NCBI GenBank assembly: GCA_964199315.1
Contig: OZ116703.1
Coordinates: 28,086,001 to 28,150,000 of the forward strand
Direction: 5' to 3'
DNA length: 64,000 bases
From: Orbicella franksi
Taxonomy: Eukaryota
Shown here: positions 1 to 12,000 of the stretch, piece after piece
Layout: every line of letters starts with the position of its first letter
How positions within the stretch are numbered: position 1 is the first letter of the stretch
Notes under the pieces: model-generated
Told to the model about the DNA's origin: nothing
Database searches by the model: none
The model's input: the letters and a program-made list of their open reading frames with translations, nothing else
Program-made: the position numbers and the translations under genes

Positions 1-1025
1 GTCATATTTTACATCAGCGATGTTTTGACAACCGTTAATGGCTTAAATATTAAGCAATCTTAACTAACCGCCGAGAACAAGAAACCCAAATCACCAGTAA
101 GACCAGAAAACCATCAATTATAAATTGGGTAGCTCTCGCTTTTCTCAAGACGGTGAAAAACAAATCGTACTACTCAAGACGCATATCTGAGAACTGGGAA
201 GTGAAGCTAAAAACACGAGCTCTTAAATTTATTAAATTGCGTTGGTGTATGGGCTGTAACCGAATTTATCGCTGTCTTTTTTTTTTTCGTTTTGCCCTTG
301 GCGTTGATTGCATTAAAAAAAATGCGATATTTAGCTACATTCGAAAAGCCGAAACAATTATGCCATACAACGCTAACGTAGTTAAAAGGAAACAAAATAG
401 TTTTGAAAACTGTGTACGGCATGCTAAACGACCTGCTTTCGCTACATCAGCACGGAAATACAATGATGAATTTAGATATATTTATATATCTTTAAGGAAG
501 AGTATTATCATTTTGACACCAAAACCAATAAACCGGAAACGCTCGAGAAGCGAGATTCTCAAAACCTTCCAAAGAAGGAGGCAAACACACTGATTAAATA
601 TGAACTTTAAACAGTAGCTTCAAGAAATATTTCTCGTTAAATGTTTACCAGCAAAAATGAGGAGGTAAAAATTTTATTTTTGTCCAATCGATTTTGGTGC
701 AAAACAACTGCGAGGAGAAAGCAATATATTTTGAAGGGCTTTTCGGCCGCGTTAACTGCAGCAAAAAATCTTTACACCTGTAGTTTGATATTAACATTCG
801 GCTGTGCTCGTTCCGCTTCACGATTGGTCTATTTTTCATGTTAATTGCTCACTTTCGTTTACTTTGTTCCCGCCGTCCAATGAATTTACTCGAAACTAAA
901 AAAAACCTTTGCATGATCATTCTCGCCAATAAAGGAATAACAGAGAGCGACCTTGTTTGTAATTCGGAAGCTTGAAACGAAAGGAACAGCTTCAGAACAT
1001 TTTAAATCAACTTTCCAGTGGCAAT

Positions 1026-2014
1026 ATGGATAGAACGCAGATGTTGAAAACGGTTGAAAGTTTGAGAGATCAGCTGCGAATTTCACGGCTTCCCGTCTCT
1101 ATATGTAGCAACGAGTAAGTTGGCGGCGGCCGATCTTGTCATTTAAATATGTAAACTTGTAGGTTTTGTAGCATGGAGCGATTACACTGTTCACGGCAAA
1201 CCGGGAGTCTCTTCGAATCAGAAGCGCGTCCAAAAGGTCATTTTTTTTCGCTATTTACTACATCGACCACGAAATTTGAATTTTAAGCGACTTACTATGT
1301 TTGCTAAGTGTTGTGTTTTCATAGGAATAAGCGATTTTTAGGTGGGTTTTCAAATGGCTTCAACACAGCCAAACGAGAGCTCCAATCTTTTCTATCGAAA
1401 AACTGGCTCAATCGAAATCACAGTAGCTCGGAGATTTAATCGAACCTCTGTTGGTTTAGGAATCAGTTGAATTTAAGAGCAGTTCCCTAGCTGATCTCTC
1501 TATACGGTAAGACAAACACAGTTCCATATTATAAGTTTTACCTGGAAATCCCACAAACTGTATTTCAACCATAAACAAAGCCGTTTACACGACAAACGTT
1601 GTTTCCGCTTAAAACTTTGTGCGGACGGAACTGTGAGTTTTCCTCGTATAAACTAAGACTGCAAGATGTTAAAATCTTTTGAGCTGAAGGCGTAAACTTT
1701 TTGGATCAATACGTTACAAAACTAGTGAATTGATCTATATATAATCTGTAATTTTACCGCGCCTGAAATTCATTCGCCCGTATAAAATGCGCACCCTGAA
1801 AAGAGACCGACGGCGTCGTTTGGTTTACTCCGGGTGAACTTTACCGCTTGCCAGGTATCAGTGATATTATGAGTGACTGAATTTTTTTTCTTTGATTATC
1901 CCATTCAGGCTGAAGGAGTATTGCACACAAAATGGCACAAAAGATCCTCTTATTCACCCTCCCGAAAGACGAGAAAATCCCTTTGCAGAGAAGCAGAAAT
2001 GTACTATACTTTGA
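1026..2014 (+). CDS. GNG: Heterotrimeric G-protein gamma subunit (GNG13/Drosophila Ggamma30A-like), 64 aa from Met at 1026
   Basis: join(1026..1114,1909..2014) with a GTAAGT donor, a TTCAG acceptor and matching phase 2. Translation MDRTQMLKTVESLRDQLRISRLPVSICSNELKEYCTQNGTKDPLIHPPERRENPFAEKQKCTIL* has the G-gamma DPL and ENPF motifs and the CAAX box CTIL. Confidence 0.93.
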
Positions 2015-4159
2015 CTAACCGGGACAAGTCACCTAAAAGGAAGAAATGAAGGGTTTTACTCATAAAAATGGAAAATTTCAGACAATCTGTTGTTATTGAG
2101 AAGCTGTTAAATTTAGCCCGAGAGGACAACATTAACTGACAATGGTTATGTACATGAATCCCTCAGATCAGTTGTGCATGGATCTTAAAAAGGAATCTGG
2201 TGTTCCGATCTGTTTTAAAAGAGTAGTTGTTGGTGTTTTTGCATCGTTAACACGTACATGTACAGAGGCCTGTTTCCCTGCGTTAGTTTTTATTTATTCT
2301 AATTCATTGAATTTATGGTTTCGAACTTTCCTTGAACCATCATGATCATGTGTTATGAATTGTAAACATCCCGCAGAGAGTTTGGCAATCGATTGCAAAT
2401 TTATGTGCGACGTTGATCCATCGCCGATCATCTGTGTTCAGATAGGAAACCATTAGCGCCTTATCGTTTTTGCCTCATTGCAGAATACTTTAAACCGAAA
2501 ATTAGGTTATATAAAATAAAGGAAATTTTAAAGATAAAATTGCATTAAAGGAATTGGTTTGCGAAGTGGTAGACGATTTCACTGAACTCAATTTGCTGTT
2601 TTTTGATTAAAATACGCACTCAGATGTTTTGATTTGTAAATCGGTTTATTTCCAAATAATTTAATCAGAGTTATCTGTTTTATCATGGAATAACGAGCAA
2701 TACATGCGGTATGAATTCATATCAAGGCTAACAAAATAAACACTATAGTAGTATAAGTTAACATTGTGTAGGCTTAATTCAAATTTACCGTGTGAGCAAC
2801 CTGACCAAGGCGAAAGTATTATTCCGCTATAGGTCTTAAATTTGTCCTCTGCTTTGAGATAGAAAAAAGAAAAAAACAAAACAAAACAAAATGCAAAACA
2901 AAACCGACATTGATAGAAATAGGAATGACTGTTCTTTCGTTTGGGCCAGTTGTAGTGAAAAACCACCTCGAAAATGGTTGCCCGCGTGCGCTTTATAAAT
3001 CTTATTTATCGAGCCGGGCTGTACACCTAGAATATCGGCCCTAGGGCTTGATAGAACGGATCCGCTCAGCCAAGCCCGATTTTAAAAGACTGTTTGAGTC
3101 CCGATTTTCTCCGGGTACTGTCCTAAGCAAACTTTGGGATTTGTACCTTCCATAACTTGAAGACTTATTAGAGATGTAAAAACCTTACTCGGTAGACTTA
3201 CAAGAAGATATTGGACCGGCAATGGGACGTTCTGATTGGTTGGTTTAAGCGATTGGCCCTCTTAGCCGTTTTAGTCGTGCAATAAGTGGATTATTGCCCC
3301 GTTTTTTTGCATAACTCTTTGTGATGACAATATCAACAAATGGTAATATTTGAAAAGACAGATTCTAAGATACTTGTTCTGCAATTGAACAAAGGACGAA
3401 TGTTCTTCTATAACGTGGCTCAGTTCTCCATGTTTACACTCCACAAATATTGCAGAAAGACTTGGACAGATTCTGCGAAGCATTCATCGAAAAATTCCTC
3501 AAATCAAACGAGGGTAACATAGGATGACAGACAATGGCTAGGCAGATTAGCTGGCTATTGAAAGAAAAAGTTTGGCAGAGAAATTGGACTTTGATTTATA
3601 AAAGTGCGAGTGAAGGGTCTGATTGGCTCTGACTGGCAACTGCCTCTGGTAAGCCAGAAACCATACGAGGGAAAGAGAGAATCGTTGATCTAAACGTAGA
3701 TATTATTAATTAAAACGCGTGTGTCAGGATACAAACTCAGTGAAAGAGTTGAATGTGACGAATGAGTCTTTTATTCACCTCAGACAAAATAGTGAAAAGT
3801 TTGCGTGAGAAAATCCGCTCTACTGATAAGGGAAGAAAGTTCAGGTCACGTAGCTCGCTTTGCGTCTTATAAACGTCCGCTACTGTTCGGAAAATATCAG
3901 TCCGCGCTGAAAAAGAATACAGGTGGCGCGTTTAACCTGAAGGAAAATATATTATAAATAAAACGAGGAAAGAATTCGGAACTGATAGTTTACGTTTGAG
4001 TCTGTATTTTGGTTTTGTTCAACTCACTGAAATATACAGAACCTCAGACATTCAGTTTGCCGCTAGTTCTGTTAAATCACTTTCGGTAGTAAGGGTCACG
4101 GTATTAATTTAATAACTCTATAAATCGAAATGCAAATAGTGTAAAGAGAACGGACAACT

Positions 4160-4307
4160 TCTTTCAAGCCCCAGCTGATGGCAGGCTGGGCAGTTGGGGG
4201 CTAGTTCAGTACAAGAAGTCAGTGGGGGTTTTGATTTCGAAACCACAACACAAATCTATCTAGTGGCAGGAAGGAGGTTTTGAATCTAGAGCCCTAACCA
4301 CTAGGCC
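4160..4307 (-). mobile_element. Degenerate tRNA-derived SINE fragment
   Basis: Ends in ...GCCCTAACCACTAGGCC, the reverse complement of a tRNA A-box-like head. Recognised by resemblance to common cnidarian SINEs; heavily diverged. Confidence 0.5.
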
Positions 4308-4369
4308 TCATTATCTCCTGTTACTTCTTTAGCCCGGACGGCTAGTTTGACCGCAGGCTCGATGTAAGG

Positions 4370-4566
4370 CCGAGTTGCACTGAGATGGACGCACCTCAAG
4401 AGAAGCGCAGTAAAGTCGGACCTAAGGTGACCTGGCGAAGAGTAGTAGAAAAGAACTGATGGAGCGTGGCCTCACGCTCCAAAGTCCAAGATTGCAGGCA
4501 GAACCCTTACGGAAGTCCCATGTACGTACTTGCAGGCACTCTGGGCCCTGATAATGATGATGATGC
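4370..4566 (+). mobile_element. Decayed 3' end of an RTE-clade LINE
   Basis: Frameshifted translation RVALRWT...KVGPKVTWRRVVEK(E)LMERGLT resembles the RTE ORF C-terminus (GRPKxTWRRxVE). It is followed by a (TGA)n tail at about 4551-4564. Confidence 0.6.
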
Positions 4567-5268
4567 AGGTTAGACCTCAGTAAAGGGGCATCAAAGATCG
4601 TTGCTGTGGAATTTTTTTTAACGATGGGTCATGTTAAAAAGTACGTTACCAACGCTCGAATTCTCCCGACTGATGGCCAAACATTACTGACAGATAAGTT
4701 AAGAGAATTGGGTCGTAGATCAAGACAATATAACCCAGCTGATTTCGCTATTTTGCATGACCGGTCTTCTAATTTTCTGAGGAGAAATAAAACCTTGATT
4801 TTACTCTTGAAAAATTTAACAAGCTACGGGCAAGAGAAAAGAACAAACTGCGGCACCTGCAAAGAAAAAATTTATTCAAGCTCTATCATTCGAAGTAAAA
4901 TTGCAACTGCGGTAAAAAGTACAGTTACAAAGATACCTTAGTACTTGACATTGCATAGTGATTGTAAAGAATTTTGAACATTCGTAGCAAACAGCTGACT
5001 TATCCCTTCACGCATTTGTGCGCGCTAAATTCGTCCTCTGCTAGAGATCGACATGAAAATTCCATACTGATGAGGTTGCGGTGTAGAGCTCCATACAGTG
5101 TCTCTGATTGGTTCTTACTTGCGCGTTGAAATGCAAATTTGCATGGATCTCTGAGGAGTTACATCATTAATAAAGTGTGGAACTTAATTTTTGGATGAAC
5201 TCTCTGGTGTGTACAGAGCATGAAAATAAGGCATTTGTTTGCTGAACCTAATAATTTGTTATATTAGA

Positions 5269-7236
5269 CTAAAGTTCAGTTTTCTCTTTAAAAGATTGCG
5301 TGTCATCTTCTTCGCCAGTAACTTCCTCTCCGGCACCTTCCTCTTCCTCCTCCTCTTCTTCTTCATCATCATCCTCATCTTCATCCTCACCCCCTCCCAT
5401 CGCCTGTTGTCCCAGCTGAGATTTAATCTGCTCTGCCAGCCTCTCTGCTGCTCCAGGATCATTAATATCCACATTCATTCTCTGGATGCCATCATCCTCC
5501 TGTGGTGGGGGAGGCTCTCTTTTGACTTCCTGCTTCATGTTGTTGAAGCTGTACTCAAATGGTTCTTTTGGTTTTACACTTCGGTCCACACCTTCGCACG
5601 CCCTTGACAGTTTGTAGCATATTTCCTGTTCTGTGTCCTCTACCCTCTCGATCAATAACTGTTCTATCTCTTCTTCATATTTATCTGTGTTGACAAGCAG
5701 AACAGTTATAAACTAAACAGATCAGCTTTTAATTTTCTGGTAACCATTTATTTATTTTTATCTTGACATCACTTAAAAAAAAACAGAAAAAACAAAACTT
5801 ACATTACTAACGATACTTACTTAGTTGTATATTTTCACACAAGTCAATTTACATTTATGAAAAATGCAATAACATATTATTTGAAAACTCACCTATTAAA
5901 AATTTGCAAACTTTAATTGTAGTTGGTGGTGATAAATCGTATGTTTTAAAATATTTTGATTGGCAAATGTCTTCCATTGCATCTACCACTTGTACCTCTC
6001 GTAGATCTGATGTTTTCTTGGCTAACAACTTGTCCATTTCTAAACAATGAATGACATTCTGTAAATATTGTTTGTTTGTTTGCTTTTTTAATTTTTTTTA
6101 TATGAAGGGAGGGGGGGTTGGAAGGGGGTGGGGATGGGTCTAAGTATAGCATCAATAACCCATTATGTAAATTTATTTCAGTTTGCTTTGTTTTTAAATT
6201 TACATGGTGGTTTTTCTTTGAGATAAATTTTAAACCCTGATGATTGCTGCTGAAGTGCACAGATTTTCATTTCTTATCCTTTTCTCTTAGCCTGGAATGT
6301 CAATAATTTAAATTTTTAATAACCAAATGACATAAAGGGCTGTATTAGGTAGACTACTGGCAGTCACTCTCTTCTTTAAGGGTGCACTGAGTGCTGCGCC
6401 CATGTCTCAACCCAATCCCTTCTAGTACAAAACCAGGTTTGAAACATTTTGCCTCATACTCCCTGCCTTATTTTGAGAAAAAAATAGACTGCCAGCAGTC
6501 TACTACAACAGGAGACTTGTAATCTAGGGATATTGTTTTTTACATGCCAAAAAAGCAATCATTTGAAATTTGCTGAAGAAATGGCATAGAGCTGCAGTTA
6601 GCTTGGGGCAATTCACAACACAAAAAGACAGGTAGAGAAAACGAATCAATAAACTTTCTTGATCATCACAAACAAAGATCCAAATCCATATAATAGGGGA
6701 TTAAATTGAAGTAAAAATAAAGTGGTATTTACCTTTCGCAAAACTGACACAACATGAACAGTAAACTCCTAAAAAAGGAAGAAAATTGCAATTTAAATAA
6801 TTCATTTAGAACCTTCCTTTATCCACTCCATGTGAGGATGCCAAAACATATTCTAACACTTCATCTGATTGGCTAATAGAGCCAGGTAACCATAGAACAA
6901 CAATAACAGGGTTTGCGATTGGCTTAAAGATGGTCTTCAAAAGAGTGCCAATTGGCACTTTTCGGCTTTCAGAGTGTTTACAAGTGAGTGCTTGGCACTC
7001 TTAGGCCTTAAAGGGTTAAGGCCAAAAATTAATTTAAAAAATGAAACAAAATGAAACAAGCGATTGTAATATTTATAAGACTTCAGATTTAAAGGATCTT
7101 TCACACCATTATATACAAACTCATGTATGACTGGGGTTTTGTACAAACCTTGTGACATATCTGGTGGTGTTGGTATGTTGCCAAATACAGGAAGACACAG
7201 CAACAGAACTGCTGCAAGTCTTAATAGAACATCCAT
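5269..7236 (-). CDS. Secretory-pathway saposin-like (Canopy/MZB1-like) protein with acidic tail and KTEL ER-retention signal, 228 aa
   Basis: complement join(7149..7236,6733..6768,5893..6039,5269..5684), all phase-1 GT-AG introns. Features: signal peptide MDVLLRLAAVLLLCLPVFG; six saposin-spaced Cys plus one extra (YCSCC...ICQ...VCK...ICY...ACE); poly-D/E tail; C-terminus KEKTEL*. An acceptor at 7245-7246 implies an upstream non-coding exon. Confidence 0.88.
6350..6502. mobile_element. MITE with TAGACT...AGTCTA terminal inverted repeats
   Basis: TAGACTACTGGCAGTC at the left end and GACTGCCAGCAGTCTA at the right end (16 bp, 1 mismatch). No clear TSD. Confidence 0.6.
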
Positions 7237-8746
7237 TTTCAGACCTGAAAATAAGTTGAAAAAGTTGAATGTCTTCAACTGTCCGATCTATATTAACTCA
7301 AGTCCAATGAACTGAAACTACAAGAAGCGGCCTATATATAGATATATTTAGTCCTATATAAATAATGTCGTCTAGTTTACTGTTGATTCCATTTGTAAAC
7401 TTGGCTTATTTCAATTGGCTAACAAGAACTAATAGTCATAGTCAAATATCGTTAATAAATAAATATAAATTAACCGGGTTTTCTTCTATGGATTTTCACT
7501 AAAAATATGGCCTGCAATCAATTTGCAGAAATATGCTTTGCAGATAAACTTTTACAATATCTATAACCAATTATTGCTGTGTTTAATTTGCAATATATAA
7601 TTTATTTCAGATAAGGGCAAGTAATGGGTAATGGCAAAGAATCTGTTCCCACCAACTGCTTTCTCACCATGTAATATTATTTACTCTGTAAATTATATTA
7701 CAACAGTCGAGACTTGTGATAAATTCACTGAAATTTACTGTTTATTGGGTTTTGTTTCAATGGTCATTGTATTTTGCCTAATACGACATATTTAACAAAT
7801 TTGACTCTAATTTACTTGTCCAATATTTGTATTTCATTGTGTACAAAATTTCTAGTTTAGGCACGGGGCTCTTAAGTGAACATGAATGTTTTGGAAGTGG
7901 AAATAACCAGGAAAATTCCAGGAATAACCAGGAAAAAAGCTACAGTAGATTCTTGCATGTTCACCTGTTAAAAATGGTGGGTCCAAGAAAAAAAATGACG
8001 GGTCCATGAAAAGGTCTACAGTATTTAACATAATTTAAAATGAATTTGTGAACTGAAAGTGAAAATAGAGCAAGAGTTTCACTAAATATTATTTGCCCTT
8101 AATTTTGGACTATTTTTTTTCATGAATCTGTATTCAGGTCTCCTGTGAATTGCAGCAAAGTAATACAACAAAGCACTTTCAAGTGATAAATAATTCAAAA
8201 CTTGAGGTTTAAAGAATTAAAGTACAAAAAGAAAACAAATTCAGTAACCTATATTATATGAGCTTATATACATATTTTACAATCTAAATTAAGGTCAGGG
8301 TTATAGTTCAGTGATGTGATTTCATCAGTGCATATCCCAAATTTCAGTTTGCCCACCCACGGATAGCCAATTTCGGTATAACCTCTTACAGGGACGAGTC
8401 AATTAATGTAAAACTATCCGGCTACCACCAAAGATAAGCTAAGGAATCTTTCCACAAAATTATAACAAGAACGTTATTAGAGACTCACAAGCGGGAAGTT
8501 ATAGCGAAAATAAACAAAAGATCTCTTTCAGATCTCTGGGCACTTTGTCTAAAACCAAAAATCGTTTATGCTCGCAGCAGATTCGTACACGTAGGAATCA
8601 ATTACTAGTAAACCCTTGGGTTGAAATCCGAAACTTGTACGCGCGAAAGGCAACCGGGGTTAACAACTCTAACATTGATTTCGGGCCACTCGGAGATTGC
8701 AAAAGATAATTGAAGAAAGAAGACAGGACAAAATTCGAACTTTACC

Positions 8747-9001
8747 TGAATCGACTTTATTCCAGCTGCGAACCAGTGTGAGCGGGATGAGGCACAACGG
8801 AGATTCTGGTGACAATCAGATTACATGTAATTGAAAGAATAAAGAAACACTAATCGCCAGGCGTTATTTTATAACACCGTGGGATACTGGGACCTAGTAA
8901 AGATATTATATCCGGGTTCTTTACAAATTTTCTCCGACAGAATTTGTGTTTATGGATTAGACTTTTTGGTGAATTTCTTCTTTGAGAGTGAGGATTTCGT
9001 G
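8747..9001. promoter_or_regulatory. Probable bidirectional promoter between the saposin-like gene (-) and TTC30 (+)
   Basis: A minus-strand donor CAG|GTAAAG at about 8741-8749 marks a likely non-coding first exon of the saposin-like gene. The TTC30 ATG is at 9002, about 250 bp away. The interval is CpG-enriched. Confidence 0.55.
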
Positions 9002-12000
9002 ATGGCGGGGGTTCAAGTCAAAGAGGGAGAATATACAACGACAATTTATGGAATGGTAAGTTATTTTTGCGTTAAATTTATTGTGATAAAATGATCGCTG
9101 TAATTTGTTGACAGCGGTTGCTCGGGAACAAAATGAACTTTGTAAACATCGTGACAATTAAAACAGAATATTCTACTATTAAACAGTCCTTCCTGCTAAT
9201 CTTAAACCTTTCGTAAAATAAATTTGCATTAAGTTATACCTTCGTTATTCAAGAATACAGGAATCAGGTTTTTTTATTAGGCATTGCATCACGAGTGCAA
9301 TAAATATGGTTGCACAAGCATGTATTATTATTGTAAAGATAGGGCTACTAATTTAGTTTCCTTCTGAAGAAGAAGATCGTAGAAGAAAGGGACATTTCAT
9401 TTTTTTTTATCCGCACCGGTCCTATGGAGAAACAGATTCTGACACTTAAGTTTTTGATGTTGGTCCTTTGAATATTTGCACGCAGGAATTGTTTAATATT
9501 TTGTTGGCATCCTCGAGAAAATATTTCGACAGGCCCTGTGCCAGAGGTTCCCCCCCATTGGAAGGGGGGAGGGGAGTATTGGAAGGGGGTATGTGGATAT
9601 AAAATGGAATGTCCCAATATTTGTGCCAATCCATGTTGGAGGAAGTGTTGAGGGAGAAAACTCGTAATACATACTAGTCATCCTTTATTTTAATTATCTT
9701 GTAGATCAAAAATCAAAAGTTCCATGAAGCTATTCAAATTCTGTCACAGGAGTTGGAAAACCATCCTAAGGTACATTTTCTGTAAGCTTTTACTGGTTAT
9801 TCCTTAACTCTTATCTATTTGGTTCGCAAGCTGTACAATTGATTTATTATCTGATTTTATTGATTTTAATTTTAGTCCAGAGCAGCACTGTCTCTGTTAG
9901 GATACTGCTACTTTCAGGTTCAAAGCTTTGATGCTGCATCTGACTGGTAAGTAACAAGCCTTGAGCTCATGAAGGGAGTACTCCCATGTGGAAAGGTTGG
10001 GGATGCTTGTTGTCTTGCTTTGGGATGTAAGTGACAGATTTTACTCTCACTTATGGTGTTCATGATGAAAGACCATGAAATGCCAGGTGTCTATTACAGT
10101 TGCACTGGAAAAAAATAAAGAAAAGTGCTGTTTTTCCATTTCAAAGTGGCATCTTTTATGGATCATATAAAGCTCAAGTCATGTCCAGATAATTTGTTTT
10201 TTTTAGGGGTTTTGTGCAATTCAAATTTTTTGACGAGTATCCTTGACCTTTTCACATGATAATCTCCTCCCATTGTGAGACTGGTCATGTTACATACCCT
10301 GTATTGAGATTTCTTGTTGATGTCTCATGGTCAAACCTGGTCTGTAGAAATATACTGTCCTAAGGTGAGAGCATGACTGTACAAGATACTTTGTGCAAAA
10401 GAGTACTACTGTTGAGAAACACAGTGGAACCCTGTCAATGCAGTCACCAACGGGCCAGAAAAATCTGGCCATAATTAATAACATGTTGGCTGTATTAACA
10501 GTGTTGCCATAAGGGGGGTTCCATGGTATGGTAATTCTGTATATGATTAATATAGATAGACAAGTTAGAAAACAACTGACAAAATCATAAAGTATTCAAA
10601 ACATTATGTTGTTCAAGAAAGCTTTAATGGATAGTGTTATTTGTCTTTCTATACATGTAGCTATGGCCAGCTGACACAGATACATCCCGAAGTTGACGAA
10701 TACAAGTTGGCCTATGCTCAGGTTTGTTGGATTGCTAAACACCTGACATTAGTTCTTTTCCTTTTCCTGATTAAGTCATAGAATTAAATGTGAAATCATA
10801 CATACATGTAGTTGAACATGGCTCAAATTTTTACTCCATGACAAGTGTGTACTGTCTAACAAAATGATCTTGTAGACTGTACATGGGATGTATGATAAGG
10901 AATAATCTGATGGTAAATGATTGATAATGTTGAATACTTCACTGTACTATTGCGATAGGCAGGAAAAAATTCCTATCAGTGTTGAAATTTTTAAATTCTT
11001 TGAATTAATATTATTATTTTATTGATAAGTATTTTTGTTGACATTTTACAGAATTTGTTTTCCTTTGCAGTCTTTGTACAAAGCATTCATGTATCCAGAA
11101 GCGATGAAAGCAACATTTCAGATTGAAAATCCTACATACCATTCAAAGGTAAGGAGGTTTGAGATAAATTATTACTGCAGATTGTTTTAATTTTATTTAT
11201 TGAAATATACTAGGCACAATAAATTAATTGTTTACAAGGTCTACACTTTGGCCAACTGCCCCCTACTGCCAATGTGTAGTAATTCCAATTCTGGAAGTCT
11301 TACTCCAGATTCATAGTAGTTGTTACATGTATATCCCAACAATTGCCTGTCTGTGATGCTAAAACTCTTACAACATACATGTCCATGTACCCTTTTCTGA
11401 TATGATGCAAGTGACCATCATCTGTGAACATTTCATTTTTTTACATATCCAATTTAGCCTCATTAGTACAGTTGGAAAAACATTGTTAATTTTTGCAATA
11501 TCTGTTTTGTTCTGTAATGTAAAGGTCCTGAAACTCCAAGCTGCTATAAAGTATGGAGAAGAGGATTTACAAGGGGCCAAGGTACACAAAAAATAATACT
11601 AACTAAAGTAAACAGTGTTTTCAGAAATGTCATTTTAAGACACGTGCTGCTCTGGGAAACAAATTTAACACCACTTAAACTCCTATTCATGGCCCATCAG
11701 GTCAACTGTACAGCTACAGGAGATAGGGGTACGACATATCAGGGCTCGACTTTCAGGAAAAAACCTTTGGGCCAGCTGGCCCCTAGTTTTCAGATTTACT
11801 TGCTAGCATAAGTATTTCAATGAAAAGCATGAAAAGTTAGTTGCCAGTGAAAAAATTTGGTTGTATTGGCGACCCCAGTGGTCACAACATCGAGCTCTGC
11901 CTGTTTTTGAGGATTGAGGATTTGTTCTTTAGTCCTCACCTAGTCCTCACCTGTTTAGCTTTCAGATATCAAATGTAATTTTTTTTGTTGTATTGTAACT

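Noticed and set aside
153-593. 146-aa ORF
   Set aside because: GTG start, low-complexity T-run, no motifs or splice support; likely chance.
1163-1506. Possible extra coding exons in the G-gamma intron
   Set aside because: No combination of the visible splice sites gives an open, G-gamma-like frame.
5239-5607. Hydrophobic plus-strand ORF
   Set aside because: Antisense shadow of the poly-Glu/Asp exon of the saposin-like gene.
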